Assembly (NCBI GenBank): GCA_963666315.2
Contig: CAXXHG010000039.1
Location: forward strand, 105,608 to 169,607
DNA from: Candidatus Binatia bacterium
GTDB lineage: Bacteria > Desulfobacterota > Binatia > Bin18
Direction: 5' to 3'
Length of the DNA stretch: 64,000 bases
Part shown: in pieces, positions 1 through 11,654 of the stretch
Numbering within the stretch: position 1 is the first letter of the stretch
Layout of the letters: the number at the start of each line of letters is the position of its first letter
The notes under the pieces: generated by a model
Told to the model about the DNA's origin: nothing
The model's database searches: none
What the model saw: the letters and a program-made list of their open reading frames with translations, nothing else
Position numbers and translations under genes: made by a program

Positions 1-1
1 A

Positions 2-214
2 GTCGCTGTCAGTGAGGATCATCGTTGCAGGCGGCTCAAGGTTGCACGCGGTGATACGAGCAGGCCCCGGACCGGCCCGTATCTCCATGGCGTCAATCTG
101 TAGCCCTGTATCTGGCGCAGCGTCCACGACTGTGACAAGCAGACCATCCCGATTAAGGATGGCACCGAAGCTCATACCACCCAAGGCTTGGTCGGTGAAA
201 CGCCTGGGTGTCAC
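2..214 (-). CDS. partial/fragmentary ORF running off the window edge, unknown product
   Basis: Manual translation gives an open frame VTPRRFTDQALGGMSFGAILNRDGLLVTVVDAAPDTGLQIDA... to the window edge; no clear start. Confidence 0.3.
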   Translation of the reverse strand, partial: MTPRRFTDQALGGMSFGAILNRDGLLVTVVDAAPDTGLQIDAMEIRAGPGPARITACNLEPPATMILTDSD

Positions 215-298
215 TGATCGGGGGGTTCTCTTATAGCGCGACTCTCTCGGGGCTCGGTTCCCGGCAGGCCCCAACACGTAATCCAGCGGCTCGTCATG

Positions 299-507
299 GT
301 ATCTGCTTGTAGAGCGTGGGTTCGCTCATGACTCACTGTATGCAGCGTACGCTCCATAATGAGGCGGCTCAAGCGAGCGGAGTGATCGAAATGACTGGCA
401 TTTTTACACCTCCGGGATTGACAGACGAAAAAGAGGGCGGGTAAGTACTTCAACTACTTTGCACGAAAGTGGCGGAAATGGCAGATGCGCAGGATTCAGG
501 GTCCTGT
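299..507 (+). repeat. diverged copy of tRNA-Leu upstream region plus 5' half of tRNA-Leu (pseudo-tRNA fragment 463-507)
   Basis: Aligns by eye with 1067-1274; 463-507 acgaaagtggcggaaatggcagatgcgcaggattcagggtcctgt matches the tRNA 5' half with 3 substitutions, then diverges abruptly. Confidence 0.9.
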
Positions 508-615
508 ATATCAATATATGCAAGCCTGGCCCTCTTGAACCTCCTTGTTAGTCCTCCCCCCTGTCAGAGTTCCGTTACTGAGCGTCGCCTTCCCACATGT
601 TTTGGCCGTTCTTCT

Positions 616-879
616 TTAATGCTCGGTCTGCATGAGTCTCTCGGCAGTACCGCGTGTCACGTCTAGCTGAACTTGGATCAGTCGCCCGTTGTCTGTCACG
701 GACTGCTGTATAGCTGTACTGATTTGCGCCAGGATGTTCAGCTGACGTGCCATAAGCCGGGTTTCTTGGCGAGTATCTTTTGTTGTCTCGCCTTGCTCTG
801 CAATGCGCTTGTCCAGTGATTCCAGCTTGCTTTGTAGCGCCGCGAGCTGCTTGTGTAACTTTGTTAGATTTGTTGCCAC
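616..879 (-). CDS. orphan 87-aa coiled-coil protein
   Basis: GGGAGG RBS upstream of GTG; heptad-like LAALQSKLESLDKRIAE. Confidence 0.6.
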   Translation of the reverse strand: MATNLTKLHKQLAALQSKLESLDKRIAEQGETTKDTRQETRLMARQLNILAQISTAIQQSVTDNGRLIQVQLDVTRGTAERLMQTEH

Positions 880-1229
880 GGCCGTATGCCTCCCTCGTGG
901 TTGTGATGAGGGCTACGACTTTTTCACTCCAGAGTCAATAGAAAATCTTCACCAACACCACGCACTCATTTTAAGACGTATGAGGTCCTTATAGATGGGA
1001 TAGGGAAGAATGACCTCAGTTGGTTTCCCTTGGGCATTCATGACTATTTTGGCCTTGCTGGCAATAGTATCTGCTTGCATAAAACGTTTTCCTCGTGGCT
1101 CGCTTTATGCAGCATCTTCTCCATCATGAGATGGCTCAGGCGAGCAGAGTGATCGAAATTATTGACATTTTCACACGTCCGGGATTGACAGAGGAAAAGA
1201 AGGTCGGGTAAGTACTTCACTTACTTTGT

Positions 1230-1313
1230 GCGAAAGTGGCGGAAATGGCAGACGCGCAGGATTCAGGATCCTGTGGGGTAAAACCCGTGGGGGTTCAAGT
1301 CCCCCCTTTCGCA
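1230..1313 (+). tRNA. tRNA-Leu(CAG)
   Basis: Acceptor gcgaaag/ctttcgc, anticodon arm cagga-ttCAGga-tcctg, long variable arm, T-arm gggggttcaagtccccc; no encoded CCA. Confidence 0.97.
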
Positions 1314-1320
1314 TGAGTCA

Positions 1321-1356
1321 GGGGGCTTTTCTCAATATGAGAGAAGCCCCTTTTTG
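1321..1356 (+). terminator. intrinsic terminator after tRNA-Leu
   Basis: ggggcttttctc...gagaagcccc followed by tttttt. Confidence 0.8.
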
Positions 1357-1433
1357 ATGTGACTCCCGCTGTGTAAAGCCGTACCCCAATTGCGCTAGAC
1401 TGCTTCCTCAAGGAGGCGTCAAGGAGAAGTCTG

Positions 1434-4400
1434 ATGCCCAACGAAGTGGCGGCCCATTACGATCCGGCCGGATTGGAAAAAACAATCGCCCAGCAGTGGG
1501 CGGAGACCAAGCCCTTTGCCGCCACGCCGGACGAGAACGACAGGCGCTATGTGATTATGATGCCGCTGCCCAACGTGACTGGCGCGCTGCATATGGGCCA
1601 CGCCATGGACAACGTGATGCAGGACATGCTGACGCGCTGGCACCGCATGCTGGGTGACAATGCGTTGTGGATGGCGGGGACCGATCATGCCGGTATAGCG
1701 ACCCAGGCGGTAGTGGAAAAGCGGCTGTTTGAGCTGGAAGGCAAAACGCGGCGCGACATAGGGCGCGAGGCCCTGGTGGGGCGGATTTGGGACTGGAAGG
1801 AACAGTATCAGACCCGCATTGTGAGCCAACAGCAGGCCATGGGCTGCTCGTGTGACTGGGACCGGCAGCGCTTTACCATGGATAAGGTTTGCGAGCGGGC
1901 GGTGTATTGGACCTTCTTTCATCTGTTTCGCGACAGTCTGATTTTTCGCGGGACGCGCATGGTCAACTGGGACTGTCATTTGCAAACCGCAGTAGCGGAT
2001 GACGAAATTATCTATGAAAGCGTACAGGGCCATTTTTGGCATCTGCGCTATCCGGTGATTGATCCCCAGCCGGGTGAGCTTGAATCCGTTGCGGTGGCTA
2101 CAACTCGGCCTGAGACCATGCTGGGCGATACTGCGGTTGCCTGCCACCCCGACCCTCGTGGGGCGCTTGAGGAATTGATCGTTAAAACCAAAGAACGGCT
2201 GTCTCGGGCCAGTCAAAAAGACACAGCTGAGCTTGAAGCGGAAATTGAGCGACTTGAAAAACGGCGTGTAACGCATCTGCCGCAGCTGGAGCAATTAACG
2301 GCCATGGCCGAGGCGGGTCGTATGGTGCGCTTGCCGCTGCTCGACCGTCCCATTCCCCTCATCTGTGACCAGTGGGCCAAGCCGGGGTTAGGCAGTGGGT
2401 GTGTGAAAATCACACCGGGCCATGACCCCAACGACTACGAGGTGTGGGGCCGGCACCAAGAACAGATCGGCATCATCAATATTCTCAACATAGACGGTAC
2501 GCTGAATGACAACGCCGGGCCGTATCAAGGACTCGACCGTTTTGATGCGCGAGAGAAAGTCGTCGCAGATCTCAAGTCCCAGGGTTTGCTTGAGGCTATT
2601 GAAGACCGTGAGATTGAGATTGGCCACTCCGACCGGTCCAAGACGCGGGTTGAGCCCTATCTGTCGGAGCAGTGGTTCGTGCGGATGGGTGACGTAGACG
2701 GGGGCGTGATGTGTGGCCGGGGGACGCAGAACGAGTTTGTTGCGCCCGGACTGGCCCAGGCGGCGATTGATGCTGCGCAGGGTGAGTGGCGTTCGCCGAG
2801 TGGAAGAAACGTCTCTTTTCACCCTGATATTCGCTATCGCAATACCTATATCAGCTGGCTCGCTGAGAAGCGCGACTGGTGTATCAGTCGCCAACTCTGG
2901 TGGGGGCATCGGATTCCCATTTGGTCAGGAAAATTCCAAGGACGGGTCTTACAAGAAAAACTGGCCTGGCTGGCTCCCTATCTGAGTCGCGCAGACGTTG
3001 TCGCCCAGCTCCAGATGGACGAGACAACCGAAGTGCTGCAGCCAGACAGCCTGGAACGGCACATTGCCCACATTGCTCAAATTGACGAGAATGCCGGCGC
3101 TCAAATCCTGGTGTGTTTGCGAGAGCCTGCAATCCAGACGGACACTGCAGGAGAATTTGAAATCGCCGGCTTTGTCCGCGATCCTGACGTCTTGGATACC
3201 TGGTTTTCCAGCGGGCTGTGGCCCCACAGCACGCTGGGCTGGCCCGATCCGGATACGGCCGCAATCGACCCTGGCCAATCGCCATTAGGCAAACAAAATG
3301 GTGCCGACGACTGTTTGTCGTACTACTATCCGGGCTCGTGCCTGGTTACTGGACGTGACATCATTACGCTGTGGGTGGCGCGCATGGTCTTGATGGGCCT
3401 GTATAATCTCGGAGATCTGCCGTTCACGGATGTCTTCATCCACGCCACGATTATGGATGGCAAGGGTGAGCGGATGAGTAAGTCGAAAGGCAACGGCATC
3501 GATCCGGTTGATATCATCGAACGCTATGGCTGCGATGCCATGCGCTATGTGCTGTGTGAGATGCAGACCGGCTCGCAAGATATTCGTCTACCCATCCAGG
3601 CGATTTCTCCTTTTACCAATAAGCCGGTCGATCTGGCCAAGGCCGAGCATGGCAGCACCATCTTTACCTATCTCTGCCCCGAAAGCGGGAAAGAGTTTGA
3701 CGTGCTGGGTACCATGCCGGATGTCCCTGCAGCCAAACTCATCAGTGAACGTTTTGAGGTCGGCCGGCATTTTTGTAACAAGCTGTGGAACGCCGTCCGC
3801 TTCGCCCTGCTCAATCTTGAGCAGACGTCGTTTGTCCCGCGCGCGCCCACAGAGTTGCCGTTTGAAGATCGTTGGATATTATCGCGCCTCACGCGGGCTA
3901 TTGCCGAAGTCCAGCATCAGCTTGAGGTCTATAATCCATCGGCTGCGATCTCGACTGCGCGCGATTTCTTTTGGTCTGAACTGTGCGACTGGTATTTAGA
4001 GATGATTAAGCCGCGCTTGCGTGAGGCGGGCGAAGCGGACAGCGCGAGACAGGTCTTAGCCTTTAGCCTCGACCAGGTGCTCAGGCTCTTTCAACCGTTC
4101 ATCCCGTTCATTACCGACTTCTTATGGCAGCGACTGAGTGAACACGCAGCGCAGCGCGGTATTGACCGACAGCTCCACACGCCGGAATCGATTGCCCGTG
4201 CGCAGTGGCCGCAGGCGAATCCAGGCTGGCAGGATGACGCACTAGAGCAGCGTGTCGGCTTTCTGCAGGAGGTTATTCGCGCCATTCGCGACATCCGCAG
4301 CCAGTATACCGTGCCTCCTAAGCAACGGGTGCAGGTGCGCATCAAGACCTCGGGTGCAACGCCTGAAATCCTCAACGAGGGGATGTCTCATATCTGTAGC

Positions 4401-4706
4401 CTGGCTAGTGTAGAGTCGGTCGAAATTGCGCCGGATGCGAAGCGGACGCACGACTCGGCAACCGCAGTGGTCGGTGAAGTCGAGATCTACGTCCTGGGTG
4501 TTATTGATGTGGACAAAGAACGCGTCCGACTGAACGGACAGATCAAAAAGCTGACTGGTCCGCTTGAGGGCGTGCGAAAAAAGCTCGGCAACCAGAAATT
4601 CCTGTCCCGAGCAAAGCCTGAAGTTGTCGAGCGCGAACGAGCCAAGCTAGTGGATATGGAGTCGCAGTTGAGTACGCTAAACGAACACCTGCAAGAGTTG
4701 GGGTAA
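1434..4706 (+). CDS. valS: valine--tRNA ligase
   Basis: PNVTGALHMGH (HIGH), DWCISRQLWWGH, RMSKS (KMSKS), C-terminal coiled coil. Confidence 0.98.
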   Translation: MPNEVAAHYDPAGLEKTIAQQWAETKPFAATPDENDRRYVIMMPLPNVTGALHMGHAMDNVMQDMLTRWHRMLGDNALWMAGTDHAGIATQAVVEKRLFELEGKTRRDIGREALVGRIWDWKEQYQTRIVSQQQAMGCSCDWDRQRFTMDKVCERAVYWTFFHLFRDSLIFRGTRMVNWDCHLQTAVADDEIIYESVQGHFWHLRYPVIDPQPGELESVAVATTRPETMLGDTAVACHPDPRGALEELIVKTKERLSRASQKDTAELEAEIERLEKRRVTHLPQLEQLTAMAEAGRMVRLPLLDRPIPLICDQWAKPGLGSGCVKITPGHDPNDYEVWGRHQEQIGIINILNIDGTLNDNAGPYQGLDRFDAREKVVADLKSQGLLEAIEDREIEIGHSDRSKTRVEPYLSEQWFVRMGDVDGGVMCGRGTQNEFVAPGLAQAAIDAAQGEWRSPSGRNVSFHPDIRYRNTYISWLAEKRDWCISRQLWWGHRIPIWSGKFQGRVLQEKLAWLAPYLSRADVVAQLQMDETTEVLQPDSLERHIAHIAQIDENAGAQILVCLREPAIQTDTAGEFEIAGFVRDPDVLDTWFSSGLWPHSTLGWPDPDTAAIDPGQSPLGKQNGADDCLSYYYPGSCLVTGRDIITLWVARMVLMGLYNLGDLPFTDVFIHATIMDGKGERMSKSKGNGIDPVDIIERYGCDAMRYVLCEMQTGSQDIRLPIQAISPFTNKPVDLAKAEHGSTIFTYLCPESGKEFDVLGTMPDVPAAKLISERFEVGRHFCNKLWNAVRFALLNLEQTSFVPRAPTELPFEDRWILSRLTRAIAEVQHQLEVYNPSAAISTARDFFWSELCDWYLEMIKPRLREAGEADSARQVLAFSLDQVLRLFQPFIPFITDFLWQRLSEHAAQRGIDRQLHTPESIARAQWPQANPGWQDDALEQRVGFLQEVIRAIRDIRSQYTVPPKQRVQVRIKTSGATPEILNEGMSHICSLASVESVEIAPDAKRTHDSATAVVGEVEIYVLGVIDVDKERVRLNGQIKKLTGPLEGVRKKLGNQKFLSRAKPEVVERERAKLVDMESQLSTLNEHLQELG

Positions 4707-4730
4707 CACGGAGCATCCACGCCGAGAGGC

Positions 4731-4758
4731 GAGATTCTTCGTTTCACTCAGAATGACA
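4731..4758 (+). repeat. intergenic palindromic repeat half (family A, gtcattctgag...gaagaatctc)
   Basis: Reverse complement matches 44585-44612 at 26/28 and resembles 16366-16439. Confidence 0.75.
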
Positions 4759-4878
4759 GAACCGGGGGCCGCTGGATATTCGGATAGGCACTAAATCCCT
4801 ATCTTCCAGTCCCTAACCCCCAACCCCTAGTCTCTAGAGCCTTGTCCCCGCGTAGCTGGGTGTATACAGTCCTAAGCC

Positions 4879-5748
4879 ATGCACCCGTTTGACCATCCGG
4901 CTATTGCACGGCTGATTACGCTCGCTCTGGAAGAAGATATCGGCCGTGGGGATGCCACGACCTTGGCGACGATCCCGCCAGATCAGACCGCGCGAGGCAA
5001 AATAACAGCCAAAGCGGATGTCACGATTGCAGGCCTACCGTTGATCCTCATGGTCTTGCAGCAAGTCGATCACACCGCAGGCGTGCGACTGTTAGTGGCG
5101 GAGGGCGACCGGGTCTCACAAGGCGAGGTGGTTGTCGAGCTGTGGGGTGTGGCGACTGGCTTGTTAGCTGCCGAACGGCCCCTGCTTAATTTTCTGCAGC
5201 ACTTGTCTGGAGTTGCGACACTGACCCGGCAGTTCGTTGAGGCCGTGGCAGGGACGAATTGCGACATTACCGACACCCGAAAAACGCTGCCCGGTTTCCG
5301 CCTGCTTGATAAATATGCGGTCGGCAAGGGAGGGGGGAAAAACCACCGGCTCGGGCTCGATGACGGCGTATTAATTAAAGACAATCATATTGCCGTGTGT
5401 GGCGGCGTTGGGGCCGCTGTGCGCCAGGCACGCAGCCAGGCTTCACCCTGGTTGCGGATCGAAGTCGAATGTACAACGCTTGAAGAGGTGCACGAGGCGC
5501 TCGATGCTCAGGCGGATATTATTTTGCTAGATAATATGACCACCGCCCTGATGGGTGAGGCGGTGGAATATCTCAATAACCGTACCTTGGTTGAAGCCTC
5601 AGGCAATATGTCTCTTGATCGCGTTCGTGAAGTGGCTGAAACCGGCGTGGATTTTATCTCAGTCGGCGCGCTGACCCACTCGGCTCCGGCGGCAGATTTG
5701 AGTATGGCGGTGACCTGCGAAGCAGTGGCCTGTAAGGAGTCGCGCTAA
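4879..5748 (+). CDS. nadC: nicotinate-nucleotide diphosphorylase (carboxylating)
   Basis: DTRKTLPG, HRLGLDDGVLIKDNH, ILLDNM, EASGN motifs. Confidence 0.97.
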   Translation: MHPFDHPAIARLITLALEEDIGRGDATTLATIPPDQTARGKITAKADVTIAGLPLILMVLQQVDHTAGVRLLVAEGDRVSQGEVVVELWGVATGLLAAERPLLNFLQHLSGVATLTRQFVEAVAGTNCDITDTRKTLPGFRLLDKYAVGKGGGKNHRLGLDDGVLIKDNHIAVCGGVGAAVRQARSQASPWLRIEVECTTLEEVHEALDAQADIILLDNMTTALMGEAVEYLNNRTLVEASGNMSLDRVREVAETGVDFISVGALTHSAPAADLSMAVTCEAVACKESR

Positions 5749-5765
5749 GCCCGGAGTCCTAGACC

Positions 5766-6629
5766 ATGGATGACGTTTCTGAGCAAGGTTTTGGTGCTGC
5801 CCTTACGTCTCAACTCTCTACCCGTTTCCTTGGTCGGCCCCTTCATTTTTTCGACTCGATAGACTCGACGAATACGTATGCCTCTTGCTTAGCTCGGGCT
5901 GGGGCTGCTGAGGGCACGATTGTTATTGCTGATACCCAAACCGCGGGAAAAGGGCGCTTAGGCCGGTACTGGGTTTCACCACCCGGGGTGAATCTCTATC
6001 TTTCGGTCATTCTTCGACCGTCAAAATCTGCTGCTTCTGCCCCGCAGTTAAGCTTGCTGGCCGCGGTAGCTGTCGCCGAGACGATTGCCCAGCACATTCA
6101 ACTGTCTCCGGCCATAAAATGGCCGAACGATGTCTTGGTCTCTGGGAAAAAGGTGTGTGGCATTCTGACCGAGATGCAGACCAAAGCGCGCGGCCTTCAG
6201 GCCGTCATTCTCGGCATAGGCGTTAATATTAATGCGCCGCTTTCGGCTTTTCCTGAAGAGTTGCGGGTGAAGGCTGCTTCGCTGCTTGGCGTCAACGGAC
6301 AGCTGATCGATCGGGTTGCATTTACCGCACATTTGCTGACCCGCCTTGAGAAATTGTACGTTCTGTGGCTAGAAGGAGGATTCCCGGTCGTACGATCAGC
6401 CTGGGAAGGCTATGCGGCAGATTTGCTGGGCAAGCCGATTGTGATTGCCGCTCCTGAAGGGACGATAGCGGGCACCGCGCTTGGTATTGACCAGGACGGA
6501 GCGCTCCTTGTCCAACTTGTCCGAGAAGGGCAAGAAGAGCAGGCTGGGCAGCCTGGTGCTATTCGTCGGGTGCTCGCCGGAGATGTGACCGTAGTCGGTG
6601 GCTATCGAAAGACTGACGGGATGAACTGA
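5766..6629 (+). CDS. birA: biotin--[acetyl-CoA carboxylase] ligase (no N-terminal HTH)
   Basis: [26 protein letters not shown] motifs. Confidence 0.96.
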   Translation: MDDVSEQGFGAALTSQLSTRFLGRPLHFFDSIDSTNTYASCLARAGAAEGTIVIADTQTAGKGRLGRYWVSPPGVNLYLSVILRPSKSAASAPQLSLLAAVAVAETIAQHIQLSPAIKWPNDVLVSGKKVCGILTEMQTKARGLQAVILGIGVNINAPLSAFPEELRVKAASLLGVNGQLIDRVAFTAHLLTRLEKLYVLWLEGGFPVVRSAWEGYAADLLGKPIVIAAPEGTIAGTALGIDQDGALLVQLVREGQEEQAGQPGAIRRVLAGDVTVVGGYRKTDGMN

Positions 6630-6636
6630 GACACGC

Positions 6637-7401
6637 ATGATACTCGCCGTTGACGTGGGCAATACGCATACAGTCGCCGGTCTCTACCAAGGCAAGACCC
6701 TCGCCTACCACTGGCGGTTTCTGACTGAGGCCGAGCGGACGGCGGATGAGTACGGGGTATTGCTGCAGAGCCTGTTTGCTTCGTGTGAACTGAGCCTGTC
6801 GTGTGTTGATGGCATCGTGGTGTCCAGCGTTGTTCCCCCAATGTTGAAAACGGTTGAGGAACTCGCGCAGAAATACTTTCATATTGTCCCTCTGATCGTT
6901 GGACCGGGCGTAAAGACCGGCATGCCGATTCTGTACGATAATCCAAGTGAAGTGGGGGCGGACCGCATTGTCAACGCGGTGGCGGCATACGAACGCTACC
7001 AGAGAGCCACCATTGTTGTCGATTTCGGTACGGCCACAACGTTTGATTATATAACCCAGGCTGGGGAATATCTGGGTGGGGCCATCGTCCCGGGAGTGGG
7101 GATCTCCTTGGACGCGCTCTTTCACAAAACCGCCAAACTGTATCGGGTTGAGCTGGTTAGACCACCCAAGGTCATTGGGCGGAATACGGTCAACGCGATC
7201 CAATCCGGGATTTTTTACGGCTATACCGCCCTCGTGGATGGGATGGTTGAGCGCATTCGAAAGGAAAACGATGCCCAGGCACGGGTCATTGCCACAGGCG
7301 GATTTGCCCAGCTCATTGCCGCGGATTCCCGGACGATTGAAGAGGTGGATGAGTTCGTGACGCTTGAGGGACTGCGTATTCTGTATGAACGGAATCATTA
7401 A
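6637..7401 (+). CDS. coaX: type III pantothenate kinase
   Basis: [21 protein letters not shown] motifs. Confidence 0.97.
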   Translation: MILAVDVGNTHTVAGLYQGKTLAYHWRFLTEAERTADEYGVLLQSLFASCELSLSCVDGIVVSSVVPPMLKTVEELAQKYFHIVPLIVGPGVKTGMPILYDNPSEVGADRIVNAVAAYERYQRATIVVDFGTATTFDYITQAGEYLGGAIVPGVGISLDALFHKTAKLYRVELVRPPKVIGRNTVNAIQSGIFYGYTALVDGMVERIRKENDAQARVIATGGFAQLIAADSRTIEEVDEFVTLEGLRILYERNH

Positions 7402-7492
7402 AAGAAGAATCTGAAGGCACGGCGCTGTCTAGTACAGTAATTGCGTAATGATTGCCCCATGATTGCACCGCGCTGGCAATAAGGAGGGAAAC

Positions 7493-9578
7493 ATGGCCGT
7501 CGGGGATATGAGCCGGATACGAACCGTTGGACTGCTGGGCGAGGGTGGCGCCGGGAAGACGACGTTGGGCGAAGCGCTCCTCTATGCTGCCGGTGCAACA
7601 ACTCGTCAGGGACGCGTAGACGATGAAAGCTCAGTGCTCGATTTTGAGCCCGAAGAGATGCGGCGGAAAGCAACACTGTCAACCGCATTTCATACCCTCG
7701 GGTGGAAAAAACACGATATCTGCCTGGTTGACCCGCCTGGATATGCCAATTTTCTGCCGGACACACGCTATGCCATGGAGGCCATGAGTGCTGCAATTTT
7801 TGTGGCCAGTCCGACCGGCCATCTCAAAGTTGAGGGGGAGCGGTTGTGGAACTGGGCCAAAGATATGAGCATCGCTCGTATCGTTGTGTTTGTCCAAGAT
7901 GGATCGTGAGGAAGGTGAATTCGGCCAGGCCATAGCCGCGTTGGGCAGTACCCTTGAAACGACGCTCGTGCCGATTCAGATTCCTATTGGAGCGCAGGCT
8001 GATTTCCGTGGCGTGGTAGACCTGCTCACCATGAAAGCATTGATATTTGAAGGGGATAACGGCGCAGTCACAACCGAAGATATTCCTAGCGAGGTGCAAG
8101 GCCAGGCGGATGAATATCGTGAAAAGCTGCTTGAGGCCGTGGTAGAGACCAATGACGACTTGCTGACACGCTACCTGGAGGGCGAGGAACTCAGCACAGA
8201 CGAGATTACCCAGGCCTTGCGTGAGGCGGTTGCCTTAGTTCAAATCTTTCCCGTTCTGTGTGTATCCGGGGGGCAAGCCTTAGGCGTGCAGCCCGTGTTG
8301 GATGCGGTTATCACCCTCTTGCCCTCCCCAGCCGCACGTGCGCCTGTGACGGGGACCAACCCGAAAACCCAGGAAGGAGTCGTATGCGCGCCCGACCCGG
8401 ATGCCGCGTTTTCCGCCCGCGTGTTCAAAACTTTGGATTCCCCGACAGGCAAACTGTCGATGTTATGTGTAGTCTCGGGCCATATCGACAGCGACTCGGT
8501 TGTGTACAACCCGACGCGTGACAAAAAAGAGCGTCTTGGCCAGCTTTTTCATCTCGAAGGGAAAAAGCAAAACCCTGTAGCAACCGCGTTGCCTGGAGAT
8601 ATTATCGGCGTCGCCAAGCTCAAAGAGACGCATACCGGCGACACGCTGTGCGCTGAAAAAAATCCGGTCGTCCTTCCTCCGCTCGTTGACTTTCATCCGG
8701 TTATCTCGTTTGCCCTTGAGTTGAAAGCGCGCGGAGACGAGGAAAAAATTATGACCTCGCTGGACCGTCTCACCGAAGAAGACCCGGCGCTTCATATAGA
8801 CCGCGATCAGCAGTCCAATGAAATCTTGATTTCCGGTGCAGGCCAACTCCATATTGAAGTGGTGGTCGAAAGACTTAAGCGGAAATACGGAGTTGAAGTC
8901 GAACTCAAAGCCCCGAAGGTCCCGTATCGCGAAACCATTACCATTAAGACCGAGGCCCGAGGACGGCTGAAGAAGCAGTCGGGCGGACGCGGACAATTTG
9001 GCGACACGTGGCTCCGCGTCGTGCCTTTACCGCGCGGCAAAGGCTTTGAATTTATTAATAAAATTAAAGGTGGCGCGGTCCCCAGGCAGTATATCCCGTC
9101 GGTTGAAAAAGGGGTCGTTGATGCCCTCGGTAAAGGCTTTTTGGCCGGGTACCCAATTGTCGATGTTGAGGTCGCTCTGTATGACGGGTCCTATCACGAT
9201 GTGGACTCGTCTGACATGGCTTTTCAGATTGCCGGGTCTATCGGGATCCAGAATGCAATGGAAAAGGCCAAGCCTGTTCTGCTCGAACCTATTATGCATT
9301 TGGATATCACTGTGCCCGAACAGTATACGGGCGATATCACCGGCGATGTCAATCGCCGGCGCGGACGGCTGGTCAGTGTCGATGCCAAGGGCCATAATCA
9401 GATCATCAAAGCCTCTATTCCTATGGCTGAGATTATGTCGTATGCGCCTGATTTGCGATCTATGACCAGTGGGCGCGGGACGTTTGAGACCGGATTCTCG
9501 CATTATGACCAGGTGCCGCAGCATTTGACGGAGAAAATTATCCAAGAAGTGAAGCAAGCGCGGGAGGAACACAGCTAA
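7493..9578 (+). pseudogene. fusA: elongation factor G-like protein (EF-G2), frameshifted near 7884
   Basis: G1 GEGGAGKTT and DPPGY in one frame; SKMDRE and domains II-V (KKQSGGRGQFG, SYHDVDSS) in the next; one extra base in atcgttgtgtttg. Confidence 0.85.
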
Positions 9579-9637
9579 GTGCAGGCTGAACGGTTTGTTT
9601 TCAGAGCGCCGTATGAAACCGTAAGACCGTAGAGACG

Positions 9638-9667
9638 TTGACAACCTGAGTCGGGTTGTACTAGAGT
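9638..9667 (+). promoter_or_regulatory. putative sigma70 promoter for DUF465-ilvN-ilvC
   Basis: TTGACA-N18-TAGAGT. Confidence 0.5.
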
Positions 9668-9700
9668 CCTCTTTTGGCTTTATTTTCAGGAGGGCTGCTT

Positions 9701-9931
9701 ATGGATGCAAGAGAAGATGCACTGATCCGTTCCCTACTCGACACGGAGCCTGAGCTTCGTCGCCATTATGAGGAGCATACTCAGCTTAAAGAACGTCTCC
9801 AAGAACTCAGACAAAAGCCTTTCCTGACTGAAGAAGAAGAGAGAGAAGAAAAAACAATCCAAAAACAGAAACTGGCCGGCAAAGACAGGATGATGGAAAT
9901 CCTGTCTCGCCATAAACAGCAAGCGGCATAA
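9701..9931 (+). CDS. DUF465/YdcH-like small protein
   Basis: AGGAGG RBS; ELRRHYEEH...KQKLAGKDRM pattern; typical position ahead of ilv genes. Confidence 0.8.
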   Translation: MDAREDALIRSLLDTEPELRRHYEEHTQLKERLQELRQKPFLTEEEEREEKTIQKQKLAGKDRMMEILSRHKQQAA

Positions 9932-10042
9932 CGGAGAGCAAACTCACCTGCTTCTCCTGCTATCCTGAGTCGAGACGCAGTCTGCCGACACTGGTCTGGT
10001 GCGGCACCGGCTCGTCGGACTCTATTCAGAACGACAGCATAC

Positions 10043-11610
<1,568 letters not shown>

Positions 11611-11654
11611 TTGAGGGATTAGGGGTTGGGGGATAGGGACTGGTAGTATTCGCA

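Noticed and set aside
463-507. Second functional tRNA-Leu gene
   Set aside because: No variable arm, T-arm or 3' acceptor strand follows; it is only a 5' fragment
1419-2294. Long antisense ORFs (also 6559-7398, 33973-34842, 18069-18830 and others)
   Set aside because: Shadow frames opposite well-supported genes in GC-rich DNA, with no motifs
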